Source: Bdellovibrio sp. (GTDB lineage: Bacteria > Bdellovibrionota > Bdellovibrionia > Bdellovibrionales > Bdellovibrionaceae). Taken from it: a DNA stretch of 53,606 bases. Of the stretch, positions 38,761-50,480 are shown one piece after another (position 1 is the stretch's first letter; every line of letters starts with the position of its first letter). Made by a program: the position numbers and the translations under genes. The notes under the pieces were generated by a model that was given only the letters and a program-made list of their open reading frames with translations, searched no databases and was not told where the DNA came from. The stretch is taken from positions 1-53,606 of the forward strand of contig JBKCUU010000067.1 of assembly GCA_046318155.1 (NCBI GenBank). Reading direction: 5' to 3'.

Positions 38761-39723
38761 ATGATTCGCAGCACTTACAAATTCGTTTTTATTCTTGTTT
38801 TGTCCGCGGTGCCTGCTACGGCAAGTGCTGTGATGACCAAATGGCCGCTGCAGCCGGCTGACAAAGTCAAAATCTCGGTGGGGCGTGCCCAAGTCGGAAT
38901 TAGCCGGAGCAATGACGCTCAACTTTCGGTTCAGACCACGGGGCCTTGCCGCGAGCTGCAAGCTGAATCTGCAGCTGGACATTTGACTTTGCGTGAGCCA
39001 GACCTGTTGAAGCCGCGCAGCGAAAGTGACCTTTGCGTTCTCCAGATCACGCTCCCGGCGGCTCAGTCTTTGGATGTTCACGTGATCGATGGGTCTCTGG
39101 TGGTTCAAAAACTGACATCTGAACTGGTGCTGCATGTGCAAAAAGGAAAGCTCACTTTGCGCAACAGCTCGGGCTCAGCTCAGGCGCACGTGCAAAAGGG
39201 TGACCTGGTCATTCAAGATTACTCGGGACGTGTCAAAATCGACACGTTGCAGGCTCCCGCAAGCATTCGCAATCTTCAAGGCGATCTTGAACTGCAAGCT
39301 TTGGCCGGTGATCACACGATCGAAAAGTCCAAGGGCAATTTTCGAGTCAACCAAGCTCAAGGGAGCTTGAAAGTGACGTCGAGCTCGGGGGCCTTGAGTT
39401 TTGAAACCGTTCGCGCCAACTTGAATGCCGACCTTTTTAATGGCCGCATCGAGGGTCAAACTCAAGAGGGCACCGTCACTTTGAAGCTCGTGTCTGACGC
39501 GGACGTCAACATCAAGAGCCAGGCTGGAAAAATCAATTTACAGGCGCAAGCGGGCACCAACGTGAATTTGATGATTCAAGAGGGAGATCTTTTTCTTCCG
39601 CCCTCGATGTCTGTCGTTCGTGAGGGCTCCGCAAAATCGATTCGCGGTCGTACGCGCGGAGAAGGTGCGGCGAAAGGAAGCGTTTTTGTTCGGTCACAAG
39701 AAGGCACGATCACGCTTCGCTAG
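38761..39723 (+). CDS. Exported DUF4097-like beta-strand repeat protein
   Basis: Signal peptide; repeated G.[LIV].[LIV] strands; GGAGG RBS. Confidence 0.8.
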   Translation: MIRSTYKFVFILVLSAVPATASAVMTKWPLQPADKVKISVGRAQVGISRSNDAQLSVQTTGPCRELQAESAAGHLTLREPDLLKPRSESDLCVLQITLPAAQSLDVHVIDGSLVVQKLTSELVLHVQKGKLTLRNSSGSAQAHVQKGDLVIQDYSGRVKIDTLQAPASIRNLQGDLELQALAGDHTIEKSKGNFRVNQAQGSLKVTSSSGALSFETVRANLNADLFNGRIEGQTQEGTVTLKLVSDADVNIKSQAGKINLQAQAGTNVNLMIQEGDLFLPPSMSVVREGSAKSIRGRTRGEGAAKGSVFVRSQEGTITLR

Positions 39724-39745
39724 AGCATCGACTGGTGCGCGTAGT

Positions 39746-39772
39746 CCCGATGACGCCAACCCGATGACGCCA
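39746..39772 (+). repeat. 13-bp direct repeat, two copies
   Basis: CCCGATGACGCCA-A-CCCGATGACGCCA just upstream of TTGACA (39783). Confidence 0.75.
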
Positions 39773-39820
39773 TTCGCGGGGGTTGACAGTATCTTCAACT
39801 TCGATCAAGCATGAGTCCCT

Positions 39821-40684
39821 ATGGCGAAGAATGTCAAAAAGGCCAAACCTGCCTCAAAAGGTGTCTTAAAACCTGCAGCTAAAGCTCTGAAAAAGCTAGT
39901 GAAAGCTGCTTTACCTGCAAAAAAAGTCGCGGCCAAGCCTGCGGCTAAGAAGCCTGTCGTGGCCAAGCCTGTGGCAAAAGCCGCGGCGAAGAGGCCCGTC
40001 GTGGGCAAGCCAGCTGCACCTGCGCTCCCGAAAGCTGCGGCGCAAAAAAAGCCCGTCCTCGAAAAGTCGGTCGAAAAGCCCGTCGCTAAAGCAAAGCCCA
40101 AAGCTGAATCCAAGGCCAAAAAAGCGAAAGTAGCGCCCGAAGATCTTGATGATGATTTGATGGTGTCTGACGACGAAGAGATGGGCGGCGAAGAAATTCC
40201 CGACCTCTCGGATTTCGATGAAGATGAAGAGGAGATCGATTCGGAGGATCTTGAAATCGCTGAAGAGTCGTTGGGTGTTGTTGCTGGCGCCAATCAAGGC
40301 ACTGACGACGAAGCGATCTTGACGGATGCGGAAGGTCGACCTTACTGCAAAGTTCGCGATTGCGATCAAATTGCGGGTGTGGACGGTTACTGCCGGTACC
40401 ACTATCTGCTTCTCTGGAAAAAAATCCAGGTTCGCCGTAAAATTCTAGCGGACGGAAAATTGGAGCGTTACGTTGATGAGTTGACGGCACGGTATCCCGA
40501 TAAGTTCCTCGAAATGATCAAGCGCGACTTGCGAACGGAGAAGGACTTTCTTTCGGCGATCGCAGAACTCGAGATTGATGAGTCCGCAGGGGAAAACGAG
40601 TTTGATGATGACAGTCAGGTGATCGACGAAGTTCGAGGCTTTGGATCGGAGTCATCCTCGATGTCGGAAGACGAAGAATTTTGA
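39821..40684 (+). CDS. Lys/Ala/Pro-rich (H1-like) plus acidic plus C3H zinc-finger-like protein
   Basis: AKPAAKKP repeats, D/E tract, CKVRDC-x9-CRYH. Confidence 0.8.
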   Translation: MAKNVKKAKPASKGVLKPAAKALKKLVKAALPAKKVAAKPAAKKPVVAKPVAKAAAKRPVVGKPAAPALPKAAAQKKPVLEKSVEKPVAKAKPKAESKAKKAKVAPEDLDDDLMVSDDEEMGGEEIPDLSDFDEDEEEIDSEDLEIAEESLGVVAGANQGTDDEAILTDAEGRPYCKVRDCDQIAGVDGYCRYHYLLLWKKIQVRRKILADGKLERYVDELTARYPDKFLEMIKRDLRTEKDFLSAIAELEIDESAGENEFDDDSQVIDEVRGFGSESSSMSEDEEF

Positions 40685-40748
40685 GCGTGACCTTTTTAAA
40701 AAGGGGCTTGCTAGGGACAGTGTCCATGGCAGGCCCAGCTGAGTTGGG

Positions 40749-41285
40749 CTAGTGCAGCTTACTTTTATCCGTGGGGGGCGAGTCAGGATTGGGCGGCTCA
40801 TCCAGGTCCTTGTCGGCTGCGCCGCTCTCGTCCTCATCTTCTCCGCGCACGAGGCCTGCATCATCCAAACCCAAAAGCCGGTCGGCTTCTTCTTCGAGTT
40901 TGGTGTTCACGCGGGTATGCCGGCAAAAAACTTTAAGCTTTTCGAACTCGAACTCTTGCCACTCGCCTGGATACTCCATCTCGCCGGCATTTTCGAAGTA
41001 ATCGGCCACCATGCTGGCCGAGACGTCGATGGCATCATGAATCCGGTCGACCGCCTCATCCGTTTTGTATTCGATGGAGACTTCAAAATTATTTTGTCGC
41101 AGGGCCTTTTTTTCGACGAAACCAACCTGCAAAACGATCTCTTTGGGGTAAATACGTCCCTCAACCAAGAGGTCATAGCCTTTGAGCTGAGGGCCAAAGT
41201 TCTCGAGGAAGGCGTCCTTAATCTGTACGATAAAATCGCCGGGAAAGGCCGTCCACTTTTTTGAGGTCTTCAGTCTTGGTTCCAT
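40749..41285 (-). CDS. Hypothetical protein
   Basis: 178-aa ORF with acidic C-terminus. Confidence 0.7.
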   Translation of the reverse strand: MEPRLKTSKKWTAFPGDFIVQIKDAFLENFGPQLKGYDLLVEGRIYPKEIVLQVGFVEKKALRQNNFEVSIEYKTDEAVDRIHDAIDVSASMVADYFENAGEMEYPGEWQEFEFEKLKVFCRHTRVNTKLEEEADRLLGLDDAGLVRGEDEDESGAADKDLDEPPNPDSPPTDKSKLH

Positions 41286-41408
41286 GTGCTCTTATTCGTC
41301 CCATATCAGCTGCCGAGCGGCAAGGCTCTTTTTCGGGTCTTTCTTTGACAAAAACCTCATGACACCTCATATAAACAGCAAGCAAATTTACTAGTTTTAG
41401 GAGAAGCC

Positions 41409-42755
41409 ATGAACCTGAACGAGACCCCCGCAAAAACAGCGGTGGCGGTGCCTCAGAAGGGTGTTTACATCTCGACGTACGGTTGCCAGATGAATGTCAA
41501 CGACACCGAACGCATGTACAGTTTACTTGAGATGGCCAACTACACGCCTGTCAGCAGTCCCGATCAAGCCGAAGTCATCATCATCAATTCGTGCAGCGTG
41601 CGCGAAAAACCCGTGCACAAAGTGTATTCTGAAGTCGGCACCTTTCGTAAAATGAAAGAGAAAAATCCGAACATAAGAATTGGTGTCGGCGGCTGCGTCG
41701 GCTCGCAAGAAAAAGAAAAACTCATTAAAGATGCACCTCTGATCGATTTTGTTTTTGGAACTGATAATATTGATCAGCTGCCCGAAATCGTGGGCCGCGT
41801 TTATGATCAGCCGAAAGTGGTTCAAACTCAATTTCAGCACCGCGCGCCTTACCATGTTGAGACGATGGTTCGCAGCCCCGGTGTCGCCACCTTTGTTAAC
41901 ATCACCAAGGGCTGCGATAATTTTTGCACCTTCTGCGTGGTTCCTTACACGCGCGGCCGCGAGAAGAGCCGTCCCTTTTCTCATATCCTTGAAGATGTGA
42001 ATAAGCTCACCGTAAGGGGAGTTAAAGAAGTCACGCTCCTGGGTCAAAACGTCAATTCGTACGAATCTGAGTGCGGGGTTGATTTTGCGGATTTGATTGA
42101 GCGCTTGGCGCTTGAGACGGATTTGCAACGCATCCGTTACACGACGTCTCACCCCAAGGACTTTAATCAGAAATTGGTCGATGTGATGTACCGCCATCAG
42201 CCCAAGGTTTGTGAGTATATCCACTTGCCTTTTCAGGCCGGAAACTCGCGCGTCCTCGAGATGATGAACCGCGGTTACACGCGCGAGCAGTATCTTGAAA
42301 AAATCGCGATGATCAAAAAGGCGATCCCGAATGTGGTTCTTTCAACGGATATCATCGTGGGGTTTCCAACTGAAACCGATGACGAATTCAAAGAAACCAT
42401 CCAAATGGTTGAAGAAGTGGGATTTGAAACGATCTACGCTTTTAAATACTCGCCGCGCCCCTTTACGAAGGCGGCCCGCTTTGAAGGGCAAATTGCTGAA
42501 GATGTTAAAGAGGACCGTCTGGCGCGCTTGTTCGCGGCTCACGACGCTTTGGCCAAGCCTATGGCGGAGTCTTACGTCGGCAAAGTTCTTGATGTGTTGG
42601 TCGAGGGCTTGGATGAAAAGCGCGGCAACATGCATGGCCGGACCTCGCAAAATAAAAATGTCTACTTCACGGGTGATAAATCTCTGATCGGCAAAATGGT
42701 GCAAATGCGAATCACCAAGGCCAATCCTGCCGTGTTTCGAGGGGAGTTGGCTTGA
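41409..42755 (+). CDS. miaB: tRNA-i6A37 methylthiotransferase
   Basis: TYGCQMN, NSCSVRE, GCDNFCTFC, TTSHP, TRAM domain. Confidence 0.97.
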   Translation: MNLNETPAKTAVAVPQKGVYISTYGCQMNVNDTERMYSLLEMANYTPVSSPDQAEVIIINSCSVREKPVHKVYSEVGTFRKMKEKNPNIRIGVGGCVGSQEKEKLIKDAPLIDFVFGTDNIDQLPEIVGRVYDQPKVVQTQFQHRAPYHVETMVRSPGVATFVNITKGCDNFCTFCVVPYTRGREKSRPFSHILEDVNKLTVRGVKEVTLLGQNVNSYESECGVDFADLIERLALETDLQRIRYTTSHPKDFNQKLVDVMYRHQPKVCEYIHLPFQAGNSRVLEMMNRGYTREQYLEKIAMIKKAIPNVVLSTDIIVGFPTETDDEFKETIQMVEEVGFETIYAFKYSPRPFTKAARFEGQIAEDVKEDRLARLFAAHDALAKPMAESYVGKVLDVLVEGLDEKRGNMHGRTSQNKNVYFTGDKSLIGKMVQMRITKANPAVFRGELA

Positions 42756-43243
42756 AGAAGACCGCACCTTTGATTCGTCTTTACGCTTATGGCATGACAG
42801 TGACCAGCGACGGTGGCCGGCCCATGCTTTTGCTCAAAGACGAGACGGGTGAGCTGACGTTGACCGTTCCTATGAGCCCCTTGCAAGCCGGCGTCACGAT
42901 CACGCAATCGAGTAAGACCGCAGCGCCGGCCAGTCCGCACCGAGTGACTGAATTGCTCCTCAAGTCGATGCAGCTGCAAATTTCTCGCTGTGTGTTTAAA
43001 GATCAAGAAGAATCACGGCAGTGGATTGAGCTTGAACTTCGGAATCATCCCTTTGGTCAAACACATCTGCGTGTACGGGCTGAAGACGGGCTCAGTTTGT
43101 GTTTGCACCTCGAGGTTCCGATCTATGCCACGCGCGCCTTTATCTTGGCGGCCCGAACCTACATTCCAGAGGCGCCCGCTCCAGGGCGCGAGATGATCGT
43201 CAACGCCAAGATCCTCGACCGCCCACACCCTTACGTGATGTAG
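42752..43243 (+). CDS. Divergent bifunctional nuclease (DUF151) family protein
   Basis: P.LLLKD and R.ED.LSL.L...VPIY motifs; follows miaB. Confidence 0.65.
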   Translation: MKKTAPLIRLYAYGMTVTSDGGRPMLLLKDETGELTLTVPMSPLQAGVTITQSSKTAAPASPHRVTELLLKSMQLQISRCVFKDQEESRQWIELELRNHPFGQTHLRVRAEDGLSLCLHLEVPIYATRAFILAARTYIPEAPAPGREMIVNAKILDRPHPYVM

Positions 43244-43268
43244 GCGCACTTTTTCAAAGGAATTTGCA

Positions 43269-43778
43269 ATGATCAAAAGAACCGTTCGTGGATTTACGCC
43301 CCAGATCGCTGAAAGCGCTTGGTGCGCCGAAAACGCCGCTGTGATTGGCGATGTCGAGATAGGTGAGAAGAGCACGGTTTGGTACAATGTTACTTTGCGC
43401 GGCGACGTGAACCACATTCGCGTGGGTGCTGAAACCAACATTCAAGATGGGACCGTCGTGCACGGCACATTTCAAAAATATGGCACGAAGATCGGGGACC
43501 GCGTCACGATCGGACACCAAGTCATGCTGCACGGCTGTGAGATCGGCTCTCGTTGCCTGATCGGAATGGGCTCCGTTTTAATGGACGGTGTTGTCGTTGG
43601 TGAGCAGTCCATCGTGGGTGCAGGCAGTCTGCTAACGGAAGGAGCACAGTTTCCGCCGAGATCTTTGGTCTTGGGGCGTCCCGCCAAGGTGCAGCGCCCT
43701 CTGACCGAGGATGAGATTCGGTTCCTGGATAAAAGCGCCGACAACTACCTGATGTACGCCACTTGGTACAAAGAATAG
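43269..43778 (+). CDS. Gamma-carbonic anhydrase family protein
   Basis: LRGDVN, NIQDG.VVH and IGH..MLHGC hexapeptide repeats. Confidence 0.93.
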   Translation: MIKRTVRGFTPQIAESAWCAENAAVIGDVEIGEKSTVWYNVTLRGDVNHIRVGAETNIQDGTVVHGTFQKYGTKIGDRVTIGHQVMLHGCEIGSRCLIGMGSVLMDGVVVGEQSIVGAGSLLTEGAQFPPRSLVLGRPAKVQRPLTEDEIRFLDKSADNYLMYATWYKE

Positions 43779-43810
43779 AACGCCGCTTCATGCGGGCTTT
43801 TGCCTGCTAA

Positions 43811-45376
<1,566 letters not shown>

Positions 45377-45379
45377 GCG

Positions 45380-46912
45380 ATGAAAAAAGAACGCGGCTTC
45401 TTGGTTTTAGATTTTGGTTCGCAGCTCACTCAGCTGATTGCGCGAAGACTGCGTGAGTTGGGTTATTATTCTGAAGTCTACTCTTACGATGTTTCACTTG
45501 AGCTCATCAAAGAGCTTGCACCTGCCGGCATTATTTTATCAGGTGGTCCGTCCTCAGTTTATGAAGGTGGCAGTCCCACGCGTGATGTGAAGGAACTTTT
45601 AGAGCAGGCACCAGTGCTCGGGATTTGTTACGGCATGCAGCTGCTCGCCTCTCAATTGGGCGGGATCGTGCAAAAGTCTGATCACCGCGAGTATGGCTTC
45701 AACCGTGTAAGGTGGAAAGAGGCGATCGGTCAGGTGCCAGAAAATCAAAAAGTTTGGATGAGTCATGGGGACATCGTCAAGGCTCCGCCCGTGGGCTTTC
45801 GAGTCGTTGCGCACAGTGAAGGCGGACACCCGGCAGCCATGAAATCTTCGACCGCATGGGCTGTGCAGTTTCATCCTGAAGTGGCCCACACCGAAATGGG
45901 TTCGGAAATTTTAAAAACCTGGGCACAAGAAGTTTGTGGGCTCAAGCCGAATTGGGATGCGCCTCATATCTTGGAGCGCTTAACGGCTGAGGTCCGCGAA
46001 AAAGTCGGGAAAGAACACGTCCTCTGTGGCTTGTCGGGCGGCGTGGACTCTTCAGTCGTTGCGACCTTGCTGACAAAAGCACTGGGCGCTGAGCAAGTGC
46101 ACTGCGTTTTTGTCGACAATGGTCTTTTGCGCAAGAATGAATATGAAGATGTTTTGCAAATGTACCGTCAGATCGGTTTGAACGTGACCGGCGTCAATGC
46201 CAAGTCCGAATTTTTGTCGGCCCTCAAAGGACTTTCGGACCCTGAACAAAAGCGCAAAGCCATCGGTAAAACGTTTATCGAGATTTTTGAAAAATCAAAA
46301 CAAGCCGACGGCTCCGATATCAAATGGCTTGCGCAAGGAACGTTGTATCCCGATGTGATCGAATCCACATCAGCTCACGGTGGGCCTTCACAAGTCATCA
46401 AGTCGCACCATAATGTGGGTGGTTTACCCGAGCGCATGAAGCTGGGGCTTGTCGAGCCGGTGCGATGGTTGTTCAAAGACGAAGTCCGCGAAATCGGTAA
46501 AAAGCTGGGATTGCCGTCTGACATGTTGGGACGGCACCCGTTTCCCGGCCCGGGGCTTGCGATCCGCGTGATTGGTGAAGTCACCGAAGAATCGCTGCAC
46601 ATCATGCGTGAAGCGGACTATATTTTTACATCAAAGTTGCGCGAAAAAAACTTGTATCATAAAATTTGGCAAGCTTTCTGTGTTCTGTTACCCGTGAAGA
46701 CCGTCGGTGTGCAAGGCGACGGCCGAACTTATGATCAAGTGCTGGCGCTTCGTGCCGTGACAAGCCAAGATGGAATGACGGCCGATTGGTACCCTTTTGA
46801 GTTTGAATTCTTGCGAGAAGTTTCGAACGAGATCACCAACAAAGTCCGCGGGATCAACCGCGTCGTTTATGATGTGACGTCGAAACCTCCCGCCACGATC
46901 GAGTGGGAGTAA
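45380..46912 (+). CDS. guaA: GMP synthase (glutamine-hydrolysing)
   Basis: DFGSQ, GICYGMQ, QFHPE, SGGVDS, KSHHNVGG, KPPATIEWE. Confidence 0.98.
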   Translation: MKKERGFLVLDFGSQLTQLIARRLRELGYYSEVYSYDVSLELIKELAPAGIILSGGPSSVYEGGSPTRDVKELLEQAPVLGICYGMQLLASQLGGIVQKSDHREYGFNRVRWKEAIGQVPENQKVWMSHGDIVKAPPVGFRVVAHSEGGHPAAMKSSTAWAVQFHPEVAHTEMGSEILKTWAQEVCGLKPNWDAPHILERLTAEVREKVGKEHVLCGLSGGVDSSVVATLLTKALGAEQVHCVFVDNGLLRKNEYEDVLQMYRQIGLNVTGVNAKSEFLSALKGLSDPEQKRKAIGKTFIEIFEKSKQADGSDIKWLAQGTLYPDVIESTSAHGGPSQVIKSHHNVGGLPERMKLGLVEPVRWLFKDEVREIGKKLGLPSDMLGRHPFPGPGLAIRVIGEVTEESLHIMREADYIFTSKLREKNLYHKIWQAFCVLLPVKTVGVQGDGRTYDQVLALRAVTSQDGMTADWYPFEFEFLREVSNEITNKVRGINRVVYDVTSKPPATIEWE

Positions 46913-46913
46913 A

Positions 46914-49900
46914 ATGTCAGAGTCCGGCACGGGTGGTTTTGTCCATCTCCATACACACTCGGAATACTCACTGCTTGAAGCTTCGAGCCGCCTGAAGGGC
47001 TTGGCTAAAAAAGCGGCAGAAAATCAAATGCCAGCACTCGCGCTCACGGACAATGGCAATATGTTCGGTGCGATCGAATTTTATTTTGCGTGCATGGACA
47101 AAAACGTCAAACCCATTATCGGGCTTGACGCCTACCTGGCGCCCCAAGGGCGTCACCACAAGTCGATTGATCGTAATGAAGTGCAGCGGCCACCCACGCG
47201 CCTTGTCCTACTGGCACAGAATTTAGATGGTTATAAGAATCTCTGCAAGATTTCATCGATCGGGTACCAAGAGGGTTTTTACTACAAGCCTCGAATTGAT
47301 TACGAAGTCCTCGAATCTTTGAATCAGGATATCATTTGCTTGAGCGGCGGTTTGCGCGGTGAAATCCCGTTCTCGTTTTTGAATGATGGCCCCGAAGTTG
47401 CTCTTGAAAAGGTGCGTCGGCTTAAAGAGATGTTTGGCGACCGCTTTTACCTGGAGATGAACCGCACCGGCAATCCTCAGTGGAATGAGATTAATCCCTT
47501 TTTGCTCGAAGCTTCAAAGATCACGGGTGTGCCTGTCGTTGCTGCCAATGACGTTCATTACCTCGAGCGCGACGATCAAATGGTTCAAGAGGTCTTGGTC
47601 TGCATCGGAACCAATAAAACTTTGCAGGATGAGACTCGCCTTCGTTTAGGAACTGATCAATTTTATTTTAAAAAGCCCGAGCAGATGCGTGAGCTTTTTA
47701 ACGATATTCCCGAGGCCTGTGACCGCACGCTCGAGATTGCGGATCGTTGCCAGGTCAAATTTAAACTTAAAGATGACAAGGGTAAACCCATTTACCACTT
47801 GCCCTCGTTTCCAACCAAGCACGGCGCCACCGTCAAAGACGAAATGGAAATCGAGTCAAAAAAAGGGCTCGAAGACCGCTTTCAAGAGATGAGTGGCCGC
47901 GGTGAGCCCGTGACGCCTGAGCAAGAAAAAGAGTACCTGGACCGGCTTAACTTTGAACTCGCGGTGATCGACCGCATGGGCTTCAACGGCTATTTCTTGA
48001 TTGTTGCGGACTTTATCAATTGGGCCAAGGAGCGCGGCATTCCAGTCGGTCCCGGACGGGGATCTGGAGCGGGCAGCTTGGTTGCTTACAGCTTAAAGAT
48101 TACAGATTTGGATCCGATGCCTTACAAGCTTCTCTTTGAGCGGTTTCTCAATCCCGAGCGGATCTCGATGCCGGATTTTGATATCGACTTCTGCCAAGAC
48201 CGGCGCCAAGAAGTCATCCAGTACGTCACCCAAAAATACAGCCAAGATTCGGTTTCGCAAATTATCACGTACGGAAAATTGCAGGCGAAAGCTGCGATCA
48301 AAGACGTCGGCCGTGTTTTGGGTATGACCTATGCTGAGGTTGATCAGGTTTCAAAGTTAATTCCTGAAAAACCAGGCACAACTTTAGACGACGCTCTCGA
48401 GGCTGAGCCCCGGTTGCGCGAATTGATGGAGATGAGCCCGCAGGTTGACACCTTGGTGGGACTCGCCAAGCGGGTCGAGGGTTTGGTTCGTCACGCCGGT
48501 ATTCACGCGGCTGGCGTGATCATCGCCGATGGCTCTTTGGTGTCGCATGCGCCCCTTTACAAGGGTGCTGATGGCGAAAACGTCGTTCAATACGATATGA
48601 AGCACGCCGAGAAAATCGGCTTGATCAAATTCGACTTCTTGGGTTTGAAAACCTTGACCCACATTAATCACGCGCTTCATTTGATCGAAAAAAACCGGGG
48701 CAAAAAAATCACGACTCAAGAGATCTCGCTCGCAGATCCTGGGATCTATGCGATTATGTCACGCGGAGATACTGCCGGGATTTTTCAGTTTGAGGGTGAG
48801 GGCATCACCGATGCCATCCGTAAAATCAAACCCAATAGCTTCTTTGATATCACCGCGATCAATGCCTTGTACCGACCAGGTCCCATGGCCATGATTCCCG
48901 AGTTTGCCAAACGTAAAAATGGCGAAGAGCCGGTGACGTTCTTGTTCGATGATCTTAAAGATGTCTTGCAAGAGACCTACGGCATTATCGTCTATCAAGA
49001 GCAGGTCATGGGGATTGCGTCGAAGATCGCAGGCTACAGTCTGGGTGAAGCCGACATGCTCCGCCGCGCGATGGGGAAGAAGATCAAAGAAGAGATGGAT
49101 CAACACCGTGAGCGCTTTAAAAAAGGGGCCAACGAGCGGGGCTACGATTCAAAAAAATCAGATGAGCTCTTTGATCTCATGTACAAGTTTGCCGATTACG
49201 GGTTCAATAAGTCACATGCGGCCGCCTATTGCGTCGTCGCTGCTCAAACGGCTTTTTTGAAGCACTATTACGCGGCCGAATTTTTTGCGGCTTTGTTGTC
49301 AACTGAGCTTTCCGACACTGATAAAGTCGTTAAATACGTCAAGGATGCTCAGCGCCATGGTCTGCAAGTAAAACCTCCGCATGTGAACGACTCGGAGTTC
49401 CTGTTTACGGTGAAGGGTCACGATGTCTTTTTTGGACTTGGAGCCATCAAGGGCGTGGGCGAGTTGGCCATCAAAGCCATCGTCGAGGCTCGTGAAGCGA
49501 CGCCCAACAAGAAATTTGAATCGCTTGAAGACTTTTTTGATCAAGTCGACCTTAAGCGCCTGAATAAAAAAGTAGTTGAGTGCCTGATTAAGGCTGGCGC
49601 TTTCGACAGCTTCGGCGCACACCGAGCTCAAATCATGGCGGGCTACCAAAAGTTTTTGGACCGCGCCGAAGAGTCGCGCAAAGATCGTGAAGTCGGCCAA
49701 GTTTCTCTTTTTGATTTGGGCGAGGGGACGGAGAAGCGCGTTGTCCTTGAGCAGGTCAAGCCGTGGTCTCGAACCGCGAATTTGTCTTTTGAAAAAGAAG
49801 TGCTGGGCTTTTATTTGAGTGATCATCCGCTGAAGGGCTTTGAGAATATCGCGGCCATTTGGACGACGGCGACCTTATCCGAAATGCCCCGGCTCGCTCA

Positions 49901-50471
49901 AGAGCACCAGGCAAAAATGGCTTTGGATACAAATAAGCAAAAGTACGATTTTCGAAACCGCGACGGAAACAAAAAACGCGTGGTCGTATCTGGGATTTTG
50001 GCCGAGAGCCGTGAGCTGATCACCAAAAAAGGAACGCGCATGGCCTTTGCCAAGCTTGAGGATCTGACCGGTTCGCTCGAGCTGGTGATTTTTCCGGATA
50101 GTTACGCCAAAGTAGAGCCCCTCCTTAAAGAAGAGAAGCCGCTGCTCATCGGTGGTTTTCTTGAAGGAGAAGATGGCGGTGCCAAAATTATCGTCGACAG
50201 TGTTGCTTTGCTCGAGGACGCCTTAAAGAAAACGAAAAAAATGGTTCTTCGCTTGGATAAGCTCGCCGAAGATCAGTACGAGCAGTTGTACTCGATCTTG
50301 GCCGAGAATAAAGGCAGCGTGCCAGTCGAGTTGATCGTAGGGGTGCCTGAGCTCGGGCAAGAGGTCTTGCTTGAAACCGAAGGACTTAGCGGAGTCTTGG
50401 TCGGCAATGAACTTTTAGAGATGATGCATTTGCACTTTGGTCACACCAACTTTGTCGAGATGCGGGTTTAA
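46914..50471 (+). CDS. dnaE: DNA polymerase III alpha subunit
   Basis: PHP domain HLHTHSEYSLL, GPGRGSGAGS, PDFDIDF, YGFNKSH, OB fold. Confidence 0.98.
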   Translation: MSESGTGGFVHLHTHSEYSLLEASSRLKGLAKKAAENQMPALALTDNGNMFGAIEFYFACMDKNVKPIIGLDAYLAPQGRHHKSIDRNEVQRPPTRLVLLAQNLDGYKNLCKISSIGYQEGFYYKPRIDYEVLESLNQDIICLSGGLRGEIPFSFLNDGPEVALEKVRRLKEMFGDRFYLEMNRTGNPQWNEINPFLLEASKITGVPVVAANDVHYLERDDQMVQEVLVCIGTNKTLQDETRLRLGTDQFYFKKPEQMRELFNDIPEACDRTLEIADRCQVKFKLKDDKGKPIYHLPSFPTKHGATVKDEMEIESKKGLEDRFQEMSGRGEPVTPEQEKEYLDRLNFELAVIDRMGFNGYFLIVADFINWAKERGIPVGPGRGSGAGSLVAYSLKITDLDPMPYKLLFERFLNPERISMPDFDIDFCQDRRQEVIQYVTQKYSQDSVSQIITYGKLQAKAAIKDVGRVLGMTYAEVDQVSKLIPEKPGTTLDDALEAEPRLRELMEMSPQVDTLVGLAKRVEGLVRHAGIHAAGVIIADGSLVSHAPLYKGADGENVVQYDMKHAEKIGLIKFDFLGLKTLTHINHALHLIEKNRGKKITTQEISLADPGIYAIMSRGDTAGIFQFEGEGITDAIRKIKPNSFFDITAINALYRPGPMAMIPEFAKRKNGEEPVTFLFDDLKDVLQETYGIIVYQEQVMGIASKIAGYSLGEADMLRRAMGKKIKEEMDQHRERFKKGANERGYDSKKSDELFDLMYKFADYGFNKSHAAAYCVVAAQTAFLKHYYAAEFFAALLSTELSDTDKVVKYVKDAQRHGLQVKPPHVNDSEFLFTVKGHDVFFGLGAIKGVGELAIKAIVEAREATPNKKFESLEDFFDQVDLKRLNKKVVECLIKAGAFDSFGAHRAQIMAGYQKFLDRAEESRKDREVGQVSLFDLGEGTEKRVVLEQVKPWSRTANLSFEKEVLGFYLSDHPLKGFENIAAIWTTATLSEMPRLAQEHQAKMALDTNKQKYDFRNRDGNKKRVVVSGILAESRELITKKGTRMAFAKLEDLTGSLELVIFPDSYAKVEPLLKEEKPLLIGGFLEGEDGGAKIIVDSVALLEDALKKTKKMVLRLDKLAEDQYEQLYSILAENKGSVPVELIVGVPELGQEVLLETEGLSGVLVGNELLEMMHLHFGHTNFVEMRV

Positions 50472-50480
50472 AGGGAGATC

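Noticed and set aside
46914..50471. Intein or split in dnaE
   Set aside because: Normal length (1185 aa) and continuous motifs; only a short insert near the OB fold
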